Source: Bugula neritina (lineage: Eukaryota; Animalia; Bryozoa). Taken from it: a DNA stretch of 64,000 bases. Positions 15,001 to 43,700 of the stretch are shown one piece after another. Under the pieces are notes generated by a model. The model searched no databases, had not been told where the DNA came from, and saw nothing but the letters and a program-made list of their open reading frames with translations. Positions within the stretch are counted from its first letter, which is position 1. Each line of letters opens with the position of its first letter. A program made the position numbers and the translations under genes. Location: positions 34,161,504 to 34,225,503 of the forward strand of contig OZ037765.1 in NCBI GenBank assembly GCA_964035545.1. Reading direction: 5' to 3'.

Positions 15001-15473
15001 TCAGGGGATAAATTTCAACCTTTTGCATTTCTTAGTATTTTTTCTCTTTTGCAGTAACAAAACTGAAAACTTGGAGGTTCAACTAACTAATGACAATCAG
15101 GTTGTTTCTAAACCTTCTCAGAGTAAACTGCAGAAATCTGCAGATCAAGGTGGGGCTTCAGTAACTTTTCCACATATTATACTTGTTTTTTGATACTCAA
15201 CACGACACACTTTTATGACTGGAAGAATTCAACTACAATGCAACACTTAGAAACAGCATTCAACTAATTTGTTGTTTAAGTTGCAGTGTTAGCTGCTCCA
15301 CTATGGCAATCATATCAAATATTATGTATTGCAAGGCACTATTATGTCAGGTTATTAAAACATATCAAAGAAATTTGTTGAATCATTTTTGCTTATATAA
15401 AACTTGTTTGTATTTCACAGCTCTCCGTCCCAAGACTAGTGTACAGAAGAGACCTTTGGGGAAAAGGAGGTGA
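1..15473 (+). CDS. KATNIP: Katanin-interacting protein (KIAA0556), multi-exon, 5' end outside the window
   Basis: Repeated DUF4457-type motifs in spliced exons: LVSNWGHNKLIGLTEI (~1400-1598), WNYNKSLN/DLNIG, IKSTWGDKYYVGLNGIELF (~7186-7327), DDIHMWLAPF, NYNKSRIHSYRGAKDV, ETWGDPHYLGLTG, WNYNKSTEDTYRG, MPNGFVYQF, DHMWLAPILP, WNYSKTPSRGVKDF. Last exon 15421-15473 reads ALRPKTSV...RR*, followed by AATAAA at 15651. Confidence 0.93.
175..780. repeat. Intronic minisatellite, ~40-bp unit
   Basis: tgtgttatatatagtaatatattcacagtaatatagtaatac repeats fill the intron. Confidence 0.9.
1085..1390. repeat. Intronic minisatellite, 17-bp unit
   Basis: (tgtgatcatgtgaccct)n runs up to the acceptor. Confidence 0.9.
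3370..4680 (+). mobile_element. 5'-truncated RTE-clade LINE in a KATNIP intron
   Basis: Uninterrupted frame with RT motifs GVKQGCVIAPTLF, LQYADD, FNYLGS, LPTLLYASETW and a C-terminal CPHC..HLRTH zinc finger (stop 4577). Short 3' UTR with stem-loop CTCGT-CAC-ACGAG. No endonuclease domain. It sits in a host minisatellite, so the TSD is ambiguous. Confidence 0.92.
8911..8946 (-). repeat. tRNA/SINE-derived fragment
   Basis: AGGTCTCGGGTTCGAATCCCAGAGGAGGCA: B-box/T-arm only, no full cloverleaf. Confidence 0.55.
9720..10435. repeat. Intronic minisatellite, 24-bp unit
   Basis: (ctgcatacatctgtattactctat)n; source of the MYADRVIQ ORF artefacts. Confidence 0.92.
11670..12125. repeat. Intronic minisatellite, ~44-bp unit containing the exon end and donor
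   Basis: (acttacctctgtacagaggtgtaagtgtgttactctct...)n, about 10 copies. Confidence 0.92.
12660..12864 (+). other. U12-type (minor spliceosome) GT-AG intron of KATNIP
   Basis: 5' site GTATCTTTT; branch box TCCTTAAT at 12845-12852, about 12 nt before the AG, with no long pyrimidine tract. Splicing restores MPNG-F-VYQFHLLST. Confidence 0.8.
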
Positions 15474-15741
15474 CCCTCTACCCCCCCCCCCCCCACTAGA
15501 ATATGTCCTTCACTACTGCATATATAGCCTCTGTATTCACACTTATTAGTTTTGTACAGTTTTAATTACCATGAAGATTTTTCAACACCGTCCAGCTATT
15601 ACATAATAGAATGTATCATTTGTTACACAAAATTTATTTGTTATAAGTGAAATAAAATGATCTAATCTTAGCCTCAGATTTCAGCACATATAAATACAAC
15701 ACGTAGTATACTTTTAATAAACTAACTCCACAAAAATATGT

Positions 15742-18700
15742 TCATCCTTTAAGATTTCCAGCAAATGTTCCGGCTTCTATCTGCTCATCCCACTTGGTGT
15801 ACTACAATACAGATATCCAATGGGGATAGTTATAACAACAGAGATATCCAATGGGGATAGTTATAACAACAGAGATATCCAATGGGGATAGTTATAACAG
15901 CAGAGATATCCAATGGGGATAGTTATAACAACAGAGATATCCAATGGGGATAGTTATAACAACAGAGATATCCAATGGGGATAGCCAAAACTAGTTGAAG
16001 GCACAACCTACCCACTGAGGTGGACAGAGGTTCTTGTAGGCCCATTTGAAGTATTCACAGGGGGCGTGGTCTTCTCCATACTTCACATGACATCTGTGGT
16101 AGTCTACGAAGTTCTGGTAGCAGTTTCTATAACAGCATTAGTATATCAACATAATAGTTAGTATTAGTATATCAACATAATAGTTAGTATTAATATATCA
16201 ACATACTAGTTAGTATTAGTATATCAACATACTAGTTAGTATTAGTATATCAACATAATAGTTAGTATTAGTATATGGACATAATAGTTAGTATTAGTAT
16301 ATTAATTCATGCATACAATATACAGCCATTTTATTAGTATATATTATATATAAATTTAGTAGTATAGTCTGGCAGAAAAATGCCAATTTTTTACTTAGGT
16401 TCGCAATCCCGGATAAAGTTTTTTTCTCTCCTGATTATTTAAATATAGGGTCTAGGTAAATGTTTCCAGGTGGGTGTGGACTTCTCACCCTTGAGCATTT
16501 CGAAAAATTCAAGATGGCCGCCAGGCACCAGACAATTTTTTATAATTCAAATGTACCTACCCATCGGGGCTAAATTTAAGGTTCTAATGCTTTGAAATCT
16601 TTAGAAATTAATATAATGAAGATACATGTGCCTTTATCATGTGCATTATTGAGTGATAGGCAAATGATACCCAAAGGTAACTAAGCAAAGCCTTAATCAT
16701 TCATTTTTAAAGTTTAATCTAGCTTTGCTGTGTTTATAATTTCCTTGAATCTCTGCATCAGTTTGTTCTAAATTCATGAAAATTTACTGTACGGGGCAAT
16801 TTTTTATGCTGATTACAAATATGTCCACCAAATAAAGCTAAAAGGGGTTCTGCAAAATTAAAATGCAACGTCATTGTCATATGAGCTAAATGGCAATTTA
16901 TTTCAAACTAGCATGCCGATCAAAAAGGTTTGTTGAGCTGCCAATTTAATTGTTATTTTCAGTTTTAAAACCTTAGCTATGTTTTTTAGAGTTAGAAAAA
17001 GGAGTCAACAACCTTAATAACACCACACCATTTCTTCTTAACATAATTTAATTGCTTTATTATTGACACATAATTTATCTAAATATTGACACTTTTGCTT
17101 TCGAAAACTACTTATACAATCAGCACATTTGACTTTTCCTTCAAAAGCACCTGAAAACAGTTTTTTTATGAATAAGAATCTATTTCATGCTGAGGAAGTA
17201 ATACATCTATTAGAACAGTGGTTCCCTACGTTTTTCATACCAATTCCCTTTCATGAAAGTTTACTATTAATTTCTCCTCTTTTAATGACCTATTTTGAGT
17301 GCACTGGAACACTAATAGCTGAAACTGATTTGATAGAAGTAGTTAATTCTACTTTTGGTGGTTCCCCAAAATGCTAAATAGAAAAAGTTTCCCCAGAATG
17401 TACGAGGTCTGAGAATAGTGGTGGGAGAGCTGTTAAAGCCAGTCTTCGATGAAAGTGTAATCATTAGCATGTAGGACCTGGAAAATATGTTGACTAAGAT
17501 TTTAGAGAGCTCAAGAACAGCAAAACTGTGGGTCATGTGCTTTATTGGACCAATTTTTACCATCAACACCCACATCATAGCTGATAGAGGAGACTGGGCC
17601 TTGCACCTAGCAATGGAAGAGGAAATGCACTATCTGCATAGCATGAAGGTCATGCCACAAGATGTAAGGATTGAATTAGCGGCTGGTAACCACACAATGC
17701 ATCATGAACACGGCCAGCTTGATGGCATCTGGTCAGACATGACCATTGAGGTGACTTTCGTGAGATTTGGTCACAGCAAGGGGAATCATTGGCATCACCA
17801 CTAAGCCTGAAACTCAACGTGTGGGTGTACAGCACTTCTGCATGCAACAAGATACTGTAAGGCCCCAGTGACATCAGAGATGAGTCTGAAATAAATGCTT
17901 CCACTACTCAAAAGGATGAGATGCAATCAAGAATCCAATGTGATTCAAAGGACAGGGAGTCTGTCAAAAGGAAGATTGAACTCTGCAAAGACCCACTCAA
18001 AGAATGTTGTTCTTGTCAATATTGAAAGTCATCAGTTATTCAGCAGTTATTATTGAAAAATATTTTTGCTATATGTAAAGCATCTAGACAAGAATTTAAA
18101 GTGAACTGGTCAGAGGGGTTAAATACATCCCTGTCATCTAAAGTGAAGACAATGGTATCATCTCAAAAGCATATTAAGGTTTCTAATACATCTGTGTATG
18201 ATACTGCAGTCATATATGCCCTTGCCATTGCACTTAAGCAGACCAAGAATTTGGACGCGTACTCTTTAATGGCTCATAAACTTGCAACATTGTCACCTTC
18301 TACATTCAAGGAAGCAGAGGAAATAAGAGAAGCTAAGACCAAGTCAATTCTCAAAAAATCTGTGGAAATTGAGTTTTCAGAACAATCCTGGATAAGAAGA
18401 TAAGAAAATTCTCACCAATCTAGAGGTTCTGTTATACAAGACAGCAATAAAAACTACATTGGCGTATGGATATCAGATATGGCCACTGACTCAAAGACAA
18501 GAGGACAAGATAAGTGCAACTGAGATGAGGATGCTTCGACACGTTTACAATATAAATTGGAAGACCATGTAACAAATGATAATGTAAATGAAGAGGCCAA
18601 AATAGAAGCCATCGCAATAGGCATGAGGAAGAGACCTTCTCAATGATATAGACATGTGCGCAAAAGAGATAGGGAGAAGGATATTATAATGGTGGCTGAG

Positions 18701-20573
18701 ATGAAGTTACAGAGAAATAGAGGGAGACGGTTGATGGATACAGTGAAGAATGGCATACTGAAATGTGGTCTCTCAGATGAAGATGTTGACGACAAAATCA
18801 GATGACACTCTCTGATAGCACTTGGTGCCCTGCAAAACCGCCACCCATCCTGGACCACAGCGTATTACATAGGTGAGAAAGTCCGAGACAAAGCCCTATA
18901 ATGAGAAGTTTGCTGCTTTCCCATGGCCTCTCAAGTGTGATACAGTGGCAACAATGTAAAATATTAGAAAGGGAGTCATACTAAATGTCTTGGTAGAAGG
19001 AAAGTGTGATTTGGTGACACTAGCGCTTCTTTTCAGGATGACTATTCATACAAGCTACCAAGTTTATGCAATGTTGCTACAACTATGCAAAGTGCTCCTC
19101 GATGACATCTACAAGACAAAAGGCTTGGGAAACCAAAGTCAGCAATGCTATTTGTGATGTGTCTTTAACTTATGTACTTTGCCTCCTACAGATGAAGCTA
19201 TTGGAAAATGTCACCAGAGCATACCTCCAGGTAGCCATATGAAACTGCGGCATTAAACCCACTAGAACATTGGTGGGTGAAAGGGGATCTAACAGAATCT
19301 CTTTTCCCAAAAGGAGTAGGAAATGATGTTGTGCTTACACCAGAGAGTGTTATGAAATGGATCATTTTACTTAATTTGGTGTACACTCGATGACTCTAGT
19401 TTTTGGCAATTTTTTTACAATTTAGCTGCTATTGTATATAGATTTTTGCTTCAAACTACTAAGATTTTAACAAATAAAACTGAATAATTAAGGCTTTTCC
19501 AATTATGCATGATTTTCTATGTCTTTTCCTAATTTATTAGTACATCGAGATATTTTATGGGCCGTGATGGTTCATAAATTTATATATTTAGCTTGTATGC
19601 GCCGCGCTTAAATGTTGCAGGACTTCTTCCCAGTCTTTTTTTGCTATGCATAGATAGAATCGGCAAATTCTATTACCCCATATATAGTAAGTTTTCATGA
19701 ATTTTGAACAAACTGTAAAATTTTTGATCATAATCCGCTGATGTGTACTAAATAAAATAAAATGGTCCAAATTCATTAAATACTCCAGTGGAAGCCAACA
19801 ATCATGCAAAACAACGACATATGGCTGTTCTAGTACATCTATCCCATGCACAGAGCTCTGCCCTTGTGAAGCAGTAACAGGAGTGTGCTGCAATGAGCTA
19901 ACATTTCTAACAAATGCTAATGATGAAAAAATGAGAAAGTTGTTTAATATGAACATGAGCGAAAGTTTGTCGCATCTGTATGATTATATTATATATATTC
20001 CATTTTAAGTTTAGCTGAGCAATATGCCTCTGTATCTTTTTTCAATTTCTATTCACTGACAATAAGCCATGTTTTTCTTTATATATCTGTCCTGTGTCCA
20101 AACAATTATTCAAAATCCATGTATCATTTCTCTGTATCATATGTGATGTTTTATTGAAGCAATTCCGAGTTTTGAGCTGAGCAACATGTCTCTTGGCTCT
20201 TTACTTTGATTTCTTTTTTACTGGCATGGCACATATTCATTCCAAAAATGCACATCTATTTGAATCATCAAAAAATTTTTATTTTTGCAACATAATATAG
20301 ACTTTATGCCTACTAGATTACGATTTTTTCATAATTGGCGGCCATCTTGGATTTCTCGAAATGCTCAAGAGTGGCAGGTCCACACCCACCTGAAAACATT
20401 TACCTGGACCCTCAAGATAAATAATCAAGAGAGAAAAAAACTTTATCCGAGAATGCGAACCTAACCCCCAATTCTGCCAGACTAGTAGCTAACCTTGTTT
20501 GATTCTGGTTAGGAAATCTTGCATCAAATGGGGGAGTCCCCTTCCAGTTCTCTTCTGTTAGTTGTTCTGACAT
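15742..20573 (-). CDS. COX6B1: Cytochrome c oxidase subunit 6B (84 aa; exons 20573-20494, 16126-16012, 15801-15742)
   Basis: Manual translation [84 protein letters not shown], with the CX9C/CX10C pattern and phase-consistent GT-AG junctions. Absent from the ORF track. Confidence 0.96.
16365..20484 (+). mobile_element. Decayed Academ (AcademX-like) DNA transposon
   Basis: Termini TAGTCTGGCAGAA...TTCTGCCAGACTA; imperfect TIRs of about 150-160 bp (16365-~16523 and ~20336-20484); 3-bp TSD GTA. Broken coding relics: [23 protein letters not shown]-like HGLS/CDTV..K (~18920), LPPTDEA...AYLQV (~19180). Confidence 0.8.
18420..18880 (+). mobile_element. Decayed 3' fragment of an RTE-like LINE nested in the Academ element
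   Basis: [26 protein letters not shown] and [16 protein letters not shown] resemble RTE C-terminal motifs; contains stops and frameshifts. Confidence 0.7.
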
Positions 20574-23228
20574 TTTGTAGAACTCTGGCTAAATGAAAGC
20601 AAGTCCACAATAATCACGCTGTAAATTATACTCGTACTGTATTGCTGTACACAGATTAAATTTTCAGTGATTACTTGATAGCTCAAAACATGTGAAAATT
20701 TAGGACTTGAAAATTAAGGAAGAAAAACATCTGGGTGGAGTATTGTGAGAAAAAACTCTACATTCACATCACATATCTCAGTAGTGGTGCTATCCATCAT
20801 AACTATAACTATAGAATTATGTAACATTAACACACTTTGCCATAATTAACTTAATTTTATTATCAGATGGTGATGAGACAATCAGATTCTTTGCTCAAAA
20901 AATGCATATTATAATCATGTATTAGTATTACTATTACTTTAAAATTTCGTTCTACTAGTACTACTTGAAATTTATTAATATGAGAGTTATACTTGGAGTT
21001 GTTGTTAACTATTAGTGTTAATAAGTAATAACAGCTACACTTTGACTTACAGATGCTATAAGTATAAGCATAACAGTCATTTTACTTAATATCATAGTCA
21101 TACCCGTACTTGAACTTATACTTATAGTGATAAACTAATAGTTATACAGTTACACTTAATCTTATAGTATTAGTATTACTATAAGTTAATGTTATACTAA
21201 TAGTAATAGTAATACTTTTAGTTTAAGTTATGGGATCTAATGAGTAAATGACTAGGAATAACTTCAAGTTATTCCTAGTCAAGTTATTAACTTGTAAATT
21301 TAACAGTAACACTAACAGCAACAGTATAATACTAACTCTAACAACTAACAAGTAACTTTAAGTGTCACAGTACTGAGCTTAACTGAAACTCTAGCCATAT
21401 GCCGAAGCCAATTTAAGACTTTAAGTTTAACCCATTACTCAAATTTTAATTCAAATCTTTCAAGTCTAACTTTGAAATTTAAGGTTAACTTCAAGTTCAA
21501 CTTTAAGAATAACATTAACTAAAAGTATAACTAAATCAAAGACTAATGCTATAACCATAAGTATGGGATTAAGTGACCACACTAACACTCTCAGTCTCAC
21601 TCTGACTTTGAATTTCACTTCGACTTACAAATAAACTTCAACTTCATAATATTCAGTGCATATGACCCATTTACCAAATCATAAAATAAAACCAGTGCCC
21701 AAGGCAAAGAAATGACTTCAATAAATGTTATTACGGCACCTACAGGTGTGTGAGAGACAGAATCAAAGTGGAGATGAGGATTAAGAATTCTACTGGAAGT
21801 AGATCGTCTGGTTGGTTTGTGACGATAGCCAGGAGCCGGTGGTGCAGTTTTGTGTCTCCGGAACAAAAGCGTTATCAAGCCTCGAATTTGCTCCTACTTT
21901 GCAAAAAAGATAATTATACTGATAGCTTTAACAAACTACTGCACGCAACTTTTCTGATGAAAACCTACGATAAAATTTGTGAGTTAAACACATGTCAATA
22001 TTTATGCGCTTGGTTATATATTTAAGCATGGCTGCGTTTTTCGTTGAAGCATAATTGGCCTTGACACTACGTTTCTTTTCGAAGGAAAATCAAAGTCGTT
22101 ACTAATTTTCAAGGCGAAGGGAAAGAAAATTAGAAATATAAATAATAATTTAAATAATTTTACTATGTAGCAAATGTAATAATTATTATATTAGTTTTTA
22201 AACCATAAAAATAATTATGCGCAAATGAAATGTGTACCGCTACACGTGCTAATGCTTATAGTTATTCAGTTATTGTGGTTATGACACTCTGACTCTCACT
22301 CTGACTCTCACTCTGACATTCACATTGACAATCACCATGATGATGATAGTGACAATGTCAATTGAATTGTGAATTCAGAATTGACTGTTCACTCTATTGA
22401 CTTTCACTCAAACTTTGCGTCTCTCAGTCTGACTGCGGCAGCCCTTGAAATTGAACCTGAAGTTCAAGTTGATCATCATGATGATGATCATAATGATAAT
22501 ATTAAATTTAATGATAATGAGTTGACTCATGAACCCATGACTGATGACTGAGATGCCGCTTGTTTCGGGTTACACAGAATAACTATAAGAATGACAATCA
22601 GAATTTGAATGATAAATAATATAAAGTTGAATATCATTAACTGTACTATTAACTTTAGGTTGAGTATGACTTCACTGAATCACAATATTTAATTTTATTA
22701 ATGTGATAAAGAATATGATTAATAATATTAATCATGCTAATAATCATAATTTGATAATATAATAAATATTATTAATATAATTAAATATTAAATTTAACTA
22801 TAATCATAATGTGATAAAACTAAATCCATTGTATACATGTACACTTTACACTACAGTGTTATACTTTATTTTGAAAGAAAACAAGCTCTATTTTCAAATT
22901 CATAAATTTAACTTGAAGCTGTTTTAGATACAATTCAATCAAGAATTGATATAAGTTGAATGTCCAACATAGTACAAACTATACCTCATTTTCTTCTAAA
23001 GCTGCTTCACTGTTAAAAACTGTATATGTAAAGATATATCACATGCTTTCAGAATAATAATTTATCTGTGTAAGTTGAGTTTTCTCAAATGATAAGATCA
23101 GTTTTTAATCACATTCAATGTGTTTGAATGAAGTGACATTGGTGCTTGTCTTATGTAGGTAGCATTTCTTTGATATTTACAGATTCTCAGACCTGCCATA
23201 TTAACAATTTCGCTGAAACAGACCTGCC

Positions 23229-39932
<16,704 letters not shown>

Positions 39933-40099
39933 ACGTCAGCGTGTTGTGGGGAGAAACCAGACTAACTCTTGCATAGCAAACGTGTAGCTATATTGTATAT
40001 ATACACACACATTATAAACATTAACTCAACATGTTTTAGTTGTAGAAATTGAAAAAGTGTAAAATATGTTAATATACTAATAACTGCAAAAAATGAAAA

Positions 40100-40702
40100 T
40101 CAGTCTTTTAGTTTACCAAATATATGATGAAACTGGTCCACGTTGTGTACACCGCCAAATCTGATTGGTAGATACAAGTTGACAGAACCATTGTAAGTCT
40201 TAATGTCGGTGTAGACATCCTTGTAGGATACATTGATCTCTGACAACGGCACTATATTTTCAACGGGCTCAATAATATTCCTACGATTGCCCCAAAAAGT
40301 CAGTCTACCTAACCGTACCAACTGTTTTTCTTCGTCTATTGAAATGATACACACTAGTTTTCTGCTGATGTTGCTCAAACAGAAAAGAGTTGCGAGTGCC
40401 AGGCAGCTGGCCGTTAGTACTGTCGTACCAACCTCGCTGTCTAGCTCGCCCTGACTCACGGCTGCTTGTATCAGTGGAGCGCAAGCTACAGTCACTAATG
40501 TTTGGTAAATTTTGAGCCGAGCCAAGAAGCGAGTTGGGCGGATATATGGAAATCTGTATACAAGTTGGTAGTTTGGTTCCGGGTCGTTATTGGTTGGCGC
40601 ATCATTTCCCTGGGTGGAGCTGAAGACTTGCTTGCTGAGATGTTTGAGGGCTACAGATGTTGATGGCAGGGTGCTGACTCTCTGCCTTGTCAATGTCAGC
40701 AT
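40100..40702 (-). CDS. TMEM186: Transmembrane protein 186 (mitochondrial complex I assembly factor), ~200 aa
   Basis: YQLVYRFPYIR..RLKIYQT, two hydrophobic helices, VRLGRLTFWGNRRN. Likely start is ATG 40702, just after a TTCCAG acceptor; the ORF-track start at 40822 is probably intronic. Confidence 0.85.
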   Translation of the reverse strand: MLTLTRQRVSTLPSTSVALKHLSKQVFSSTQGNDAPTNNDPEPNYQLVYRFPYIRPTRFLARLKIYQTLVTVACAPLIQAAVSQGELDSEVGTTVLTASCLALATLFCLSNISRKLVCIISIDEEKQLVRLGRLTFWGNRRNIIEPVENIVPLSEINVSYKDVYTDIKTYNGSVNLYLPIRFGGVHNVDQFHHIFGKLKD

Positions 40703-43700
40703 CTTTAAATATCTGGAAATCATGGATATTGAGTCAATGTAACAGCTCCACTTGTTTGAAACATTTTTTTGTGAAATCATGCATTTGCTTATAGCTCTTG
40801 ACAATATATAGATATAATGCAATTAAAGAAACAAAGGCGAATACATTTAGCTAAATTATTATTAGGCTCACAACAGCTCTTCACGAGAGCTGAAACACTA
40901 AGCAGTTGATATAAATTTATTAAAGGAAAAGCCTGAAACTATCGGCAATAAGTTTACCTGGTGAAGTCAACAGCACTGATAATGGCCTCAGATCTTAGAA
41001 CATGGTTGGCACCAACTGATCTAAAAGTAAGTCAGTGCTTGTGAAAGAACAACTCTGATATATTCTGTTACAACATAATGGGCTAATGGCATACGGACTG
41101 TATTACTGACTCGATTTACAATTTGAATTAGTATTATAAATAGACGTACGAGTAGCTACAGAAAACCTCCACAGCTAGGTTTAAACCAATGTTATTACAA
41201 ACTCACCATTCAATAGAGAGTCAAGCTGCAGCACTAGTAACTGATTTCATTATGATTGTATCATCATTATGATTATGACAATTATTATCGAAAAAAAAAA
41301 CTTTTTTATTTTAGGTTTTAATTAACAATAAATCAATAAGTATAACATTAACTAAGGTTTAGGTTTATTCCTGCGAACTAATCAGCTGTACTTGTACTTG
41401 TAGCCGTATGATATTATCATTATTATTATTAATATTATAACTATTAATATTTATATTAATAATAATATTTATTTATATATATTTTAGTTTTACTATTAGA
41501 CTTAGAGTACTACTATCACTATTACTATTAATATTACTATTACTAATAGCAATAGTAATACTAATAGTAATACTAATATTAATAGTATTAGTATCACTAA
41601 TCAGTATCACATTCACTGCAATCATCATCATGCAATGCAATATTTTTTTAGAATTTAATGATCAAATTTAATCATAATTATTATTATTCGTTGTTATTAC
41701 TGTGACAATAATACTAATTCAGTAATTGTCATTTAAAACTGTTACGACCACTAGTTATTTAATTTAAATAGTGATATTCATATTGATATTGATATTGCAG
41801 CCTTACAACTTTTTCCTAAGTCTAGTTTGAAAAAAGACACATGGAAATCGCTAGAGGCAACACCGAGTTGGGGTGACTAAGTACACTACTATTTTCATCA
41901 AGTCGTGCAATACTTGCTCACCATAGGTGAGACTCTCGAGCATCAGTGCTGCTTTACGCGATTTTCATGAAAACCCAATTGGCAAAAGCACTCCAGCAAA
42001 CGTTCAGAGTTGTCTCCTCTAAACCGTATGACCATTGTTATCTTTTATAGTCCTCTACGAGTTCCACAACACTACAGTGTTACTATACGTATTCATTAGA
42101 ATATTATATGCATTTATCACCTACAAAACTATTTCACGTATGCATTATAATGCAATGATTTTATACATGCATGTCTAATACATCAATACCCTACTGCTTG
42201 CAATATTATTTCTTTTTCATGAGATTGCTCAGATCAAAGCCAGAACCTCGTAAGCAACACACACACACGCACACATGCGCGCGCACACATGCGGACACAC
42301 ACACACATGCACGCACACACGCGCACACACTCACACACACACTCACACACATGCACACGCACACACACATGCAAGCACACAATGAGCTGTCAAAAAAGTA
42401 GATGACTTCAGAATAGAAAAGAAGATTTTACTGAATGTTCTTCGAAATGTCATCAATAGCCAATGATGTTCTAGTATTCAAACTATCAGCCTATCACAAC
42501 ATTGGGGGCATCAAACAAGCACCTCCATCTACCCACAGGACCCCAGCTATTTCCTCTTAACAAATGAAGCCTTCTCAAAGTTATTAAACGTGATTGGTTT
42601 TTAATAAACAACAAAATGCAAATTATATCAATTTTACAAAAACATTAAAGCACTCTGGGACTGCTACACGACAATCAGAGGTTAAGATTATGTAAATTGG
42701 TTATATGAATAAATTTTATGTTAAATTAAAATATATTTGTTTACATGTTTGTTGCATCTGTTTGAGTAACTTTAAATTGCTGCTCCCTTGTTGGCAATTG
42801 TCAGTGAGATGTTGATTAGTATAATAATATGTCACAGTTATACTCTCTCAGTATGTCACAGTTACTGTGTCACTATGTCACAGTTACACCCTCACTATGT
42901 CACAGTTACACTCTCTCAGTACGTGTCACAGTTACTGTGTCACTATGTCACAGTTACACTCTCTCAGTACGTGTCACAGTTACTGTGTCACATACTGCTG
43001 GTGTAATATCAGTATACATTAGGGTTAAGTTGTTTATTATCTAAGTCATGGCACTAAACATCACGTGACAGATGTATCCCATGCAGTGAGATGACAAGCC
43101 ACTACAAGTACATCCATTATGACACCCACCCCATGTTCCCTAAGTGACCCTGGCTCCCTTTACATGTCAACAAAATATTATTTTTAATATCATATTTTCT
43201 ATCTAAGAAGGTTTCCTCTACTGTGTCAGACTACATCATTCAAATAGGATATTAATCAGATCTGGAAGGCTTCGTGTTACTGTAAAAGTTCTTCAAAACA
43301 GGGAGAATTTGACCAATGAGCAATGAATATTTAAGTTCACATTGCCACAGTTTTGGGAGGCGAAAGTGTAAACAAGACAAATTTTCTCACGTCAGGAGTG
43401 GAAATGAAGTAATCGGAGAGGTAATCCAATTAGCGGAGTAATAAACAAGATGAAGCTCTTCACCTGTAAGGAGATACTACACAACGTGTTGTGAAATCCT
43501 CCAACCAGCTGCCAGAAGCATAACAGTTCAGCTGCTGAGGCAGGAACCGTGAATACAGCTAGATAAAAACTGTAGCAAAAGAGGTGACATTCTACGGAGG
43601 TGTCAAGCTGCACCCGAGCTAAAAGTTGTTAAAATAATCAAAGAACTGAGGCTATTGAAGTTTCTCTGTTGCTGTACACACGCACGCACGCACGCACGCA

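Noticed and set aside
17216-17400. hAT-like end CAGTGGTTCCC inside the Academ element
   Set aside because: No matching second TIR or 8-bp TSD found.
22369-22551. His/Asp-rich ORF
   Set aside because: By-product of the 6-bp-periodic tract.
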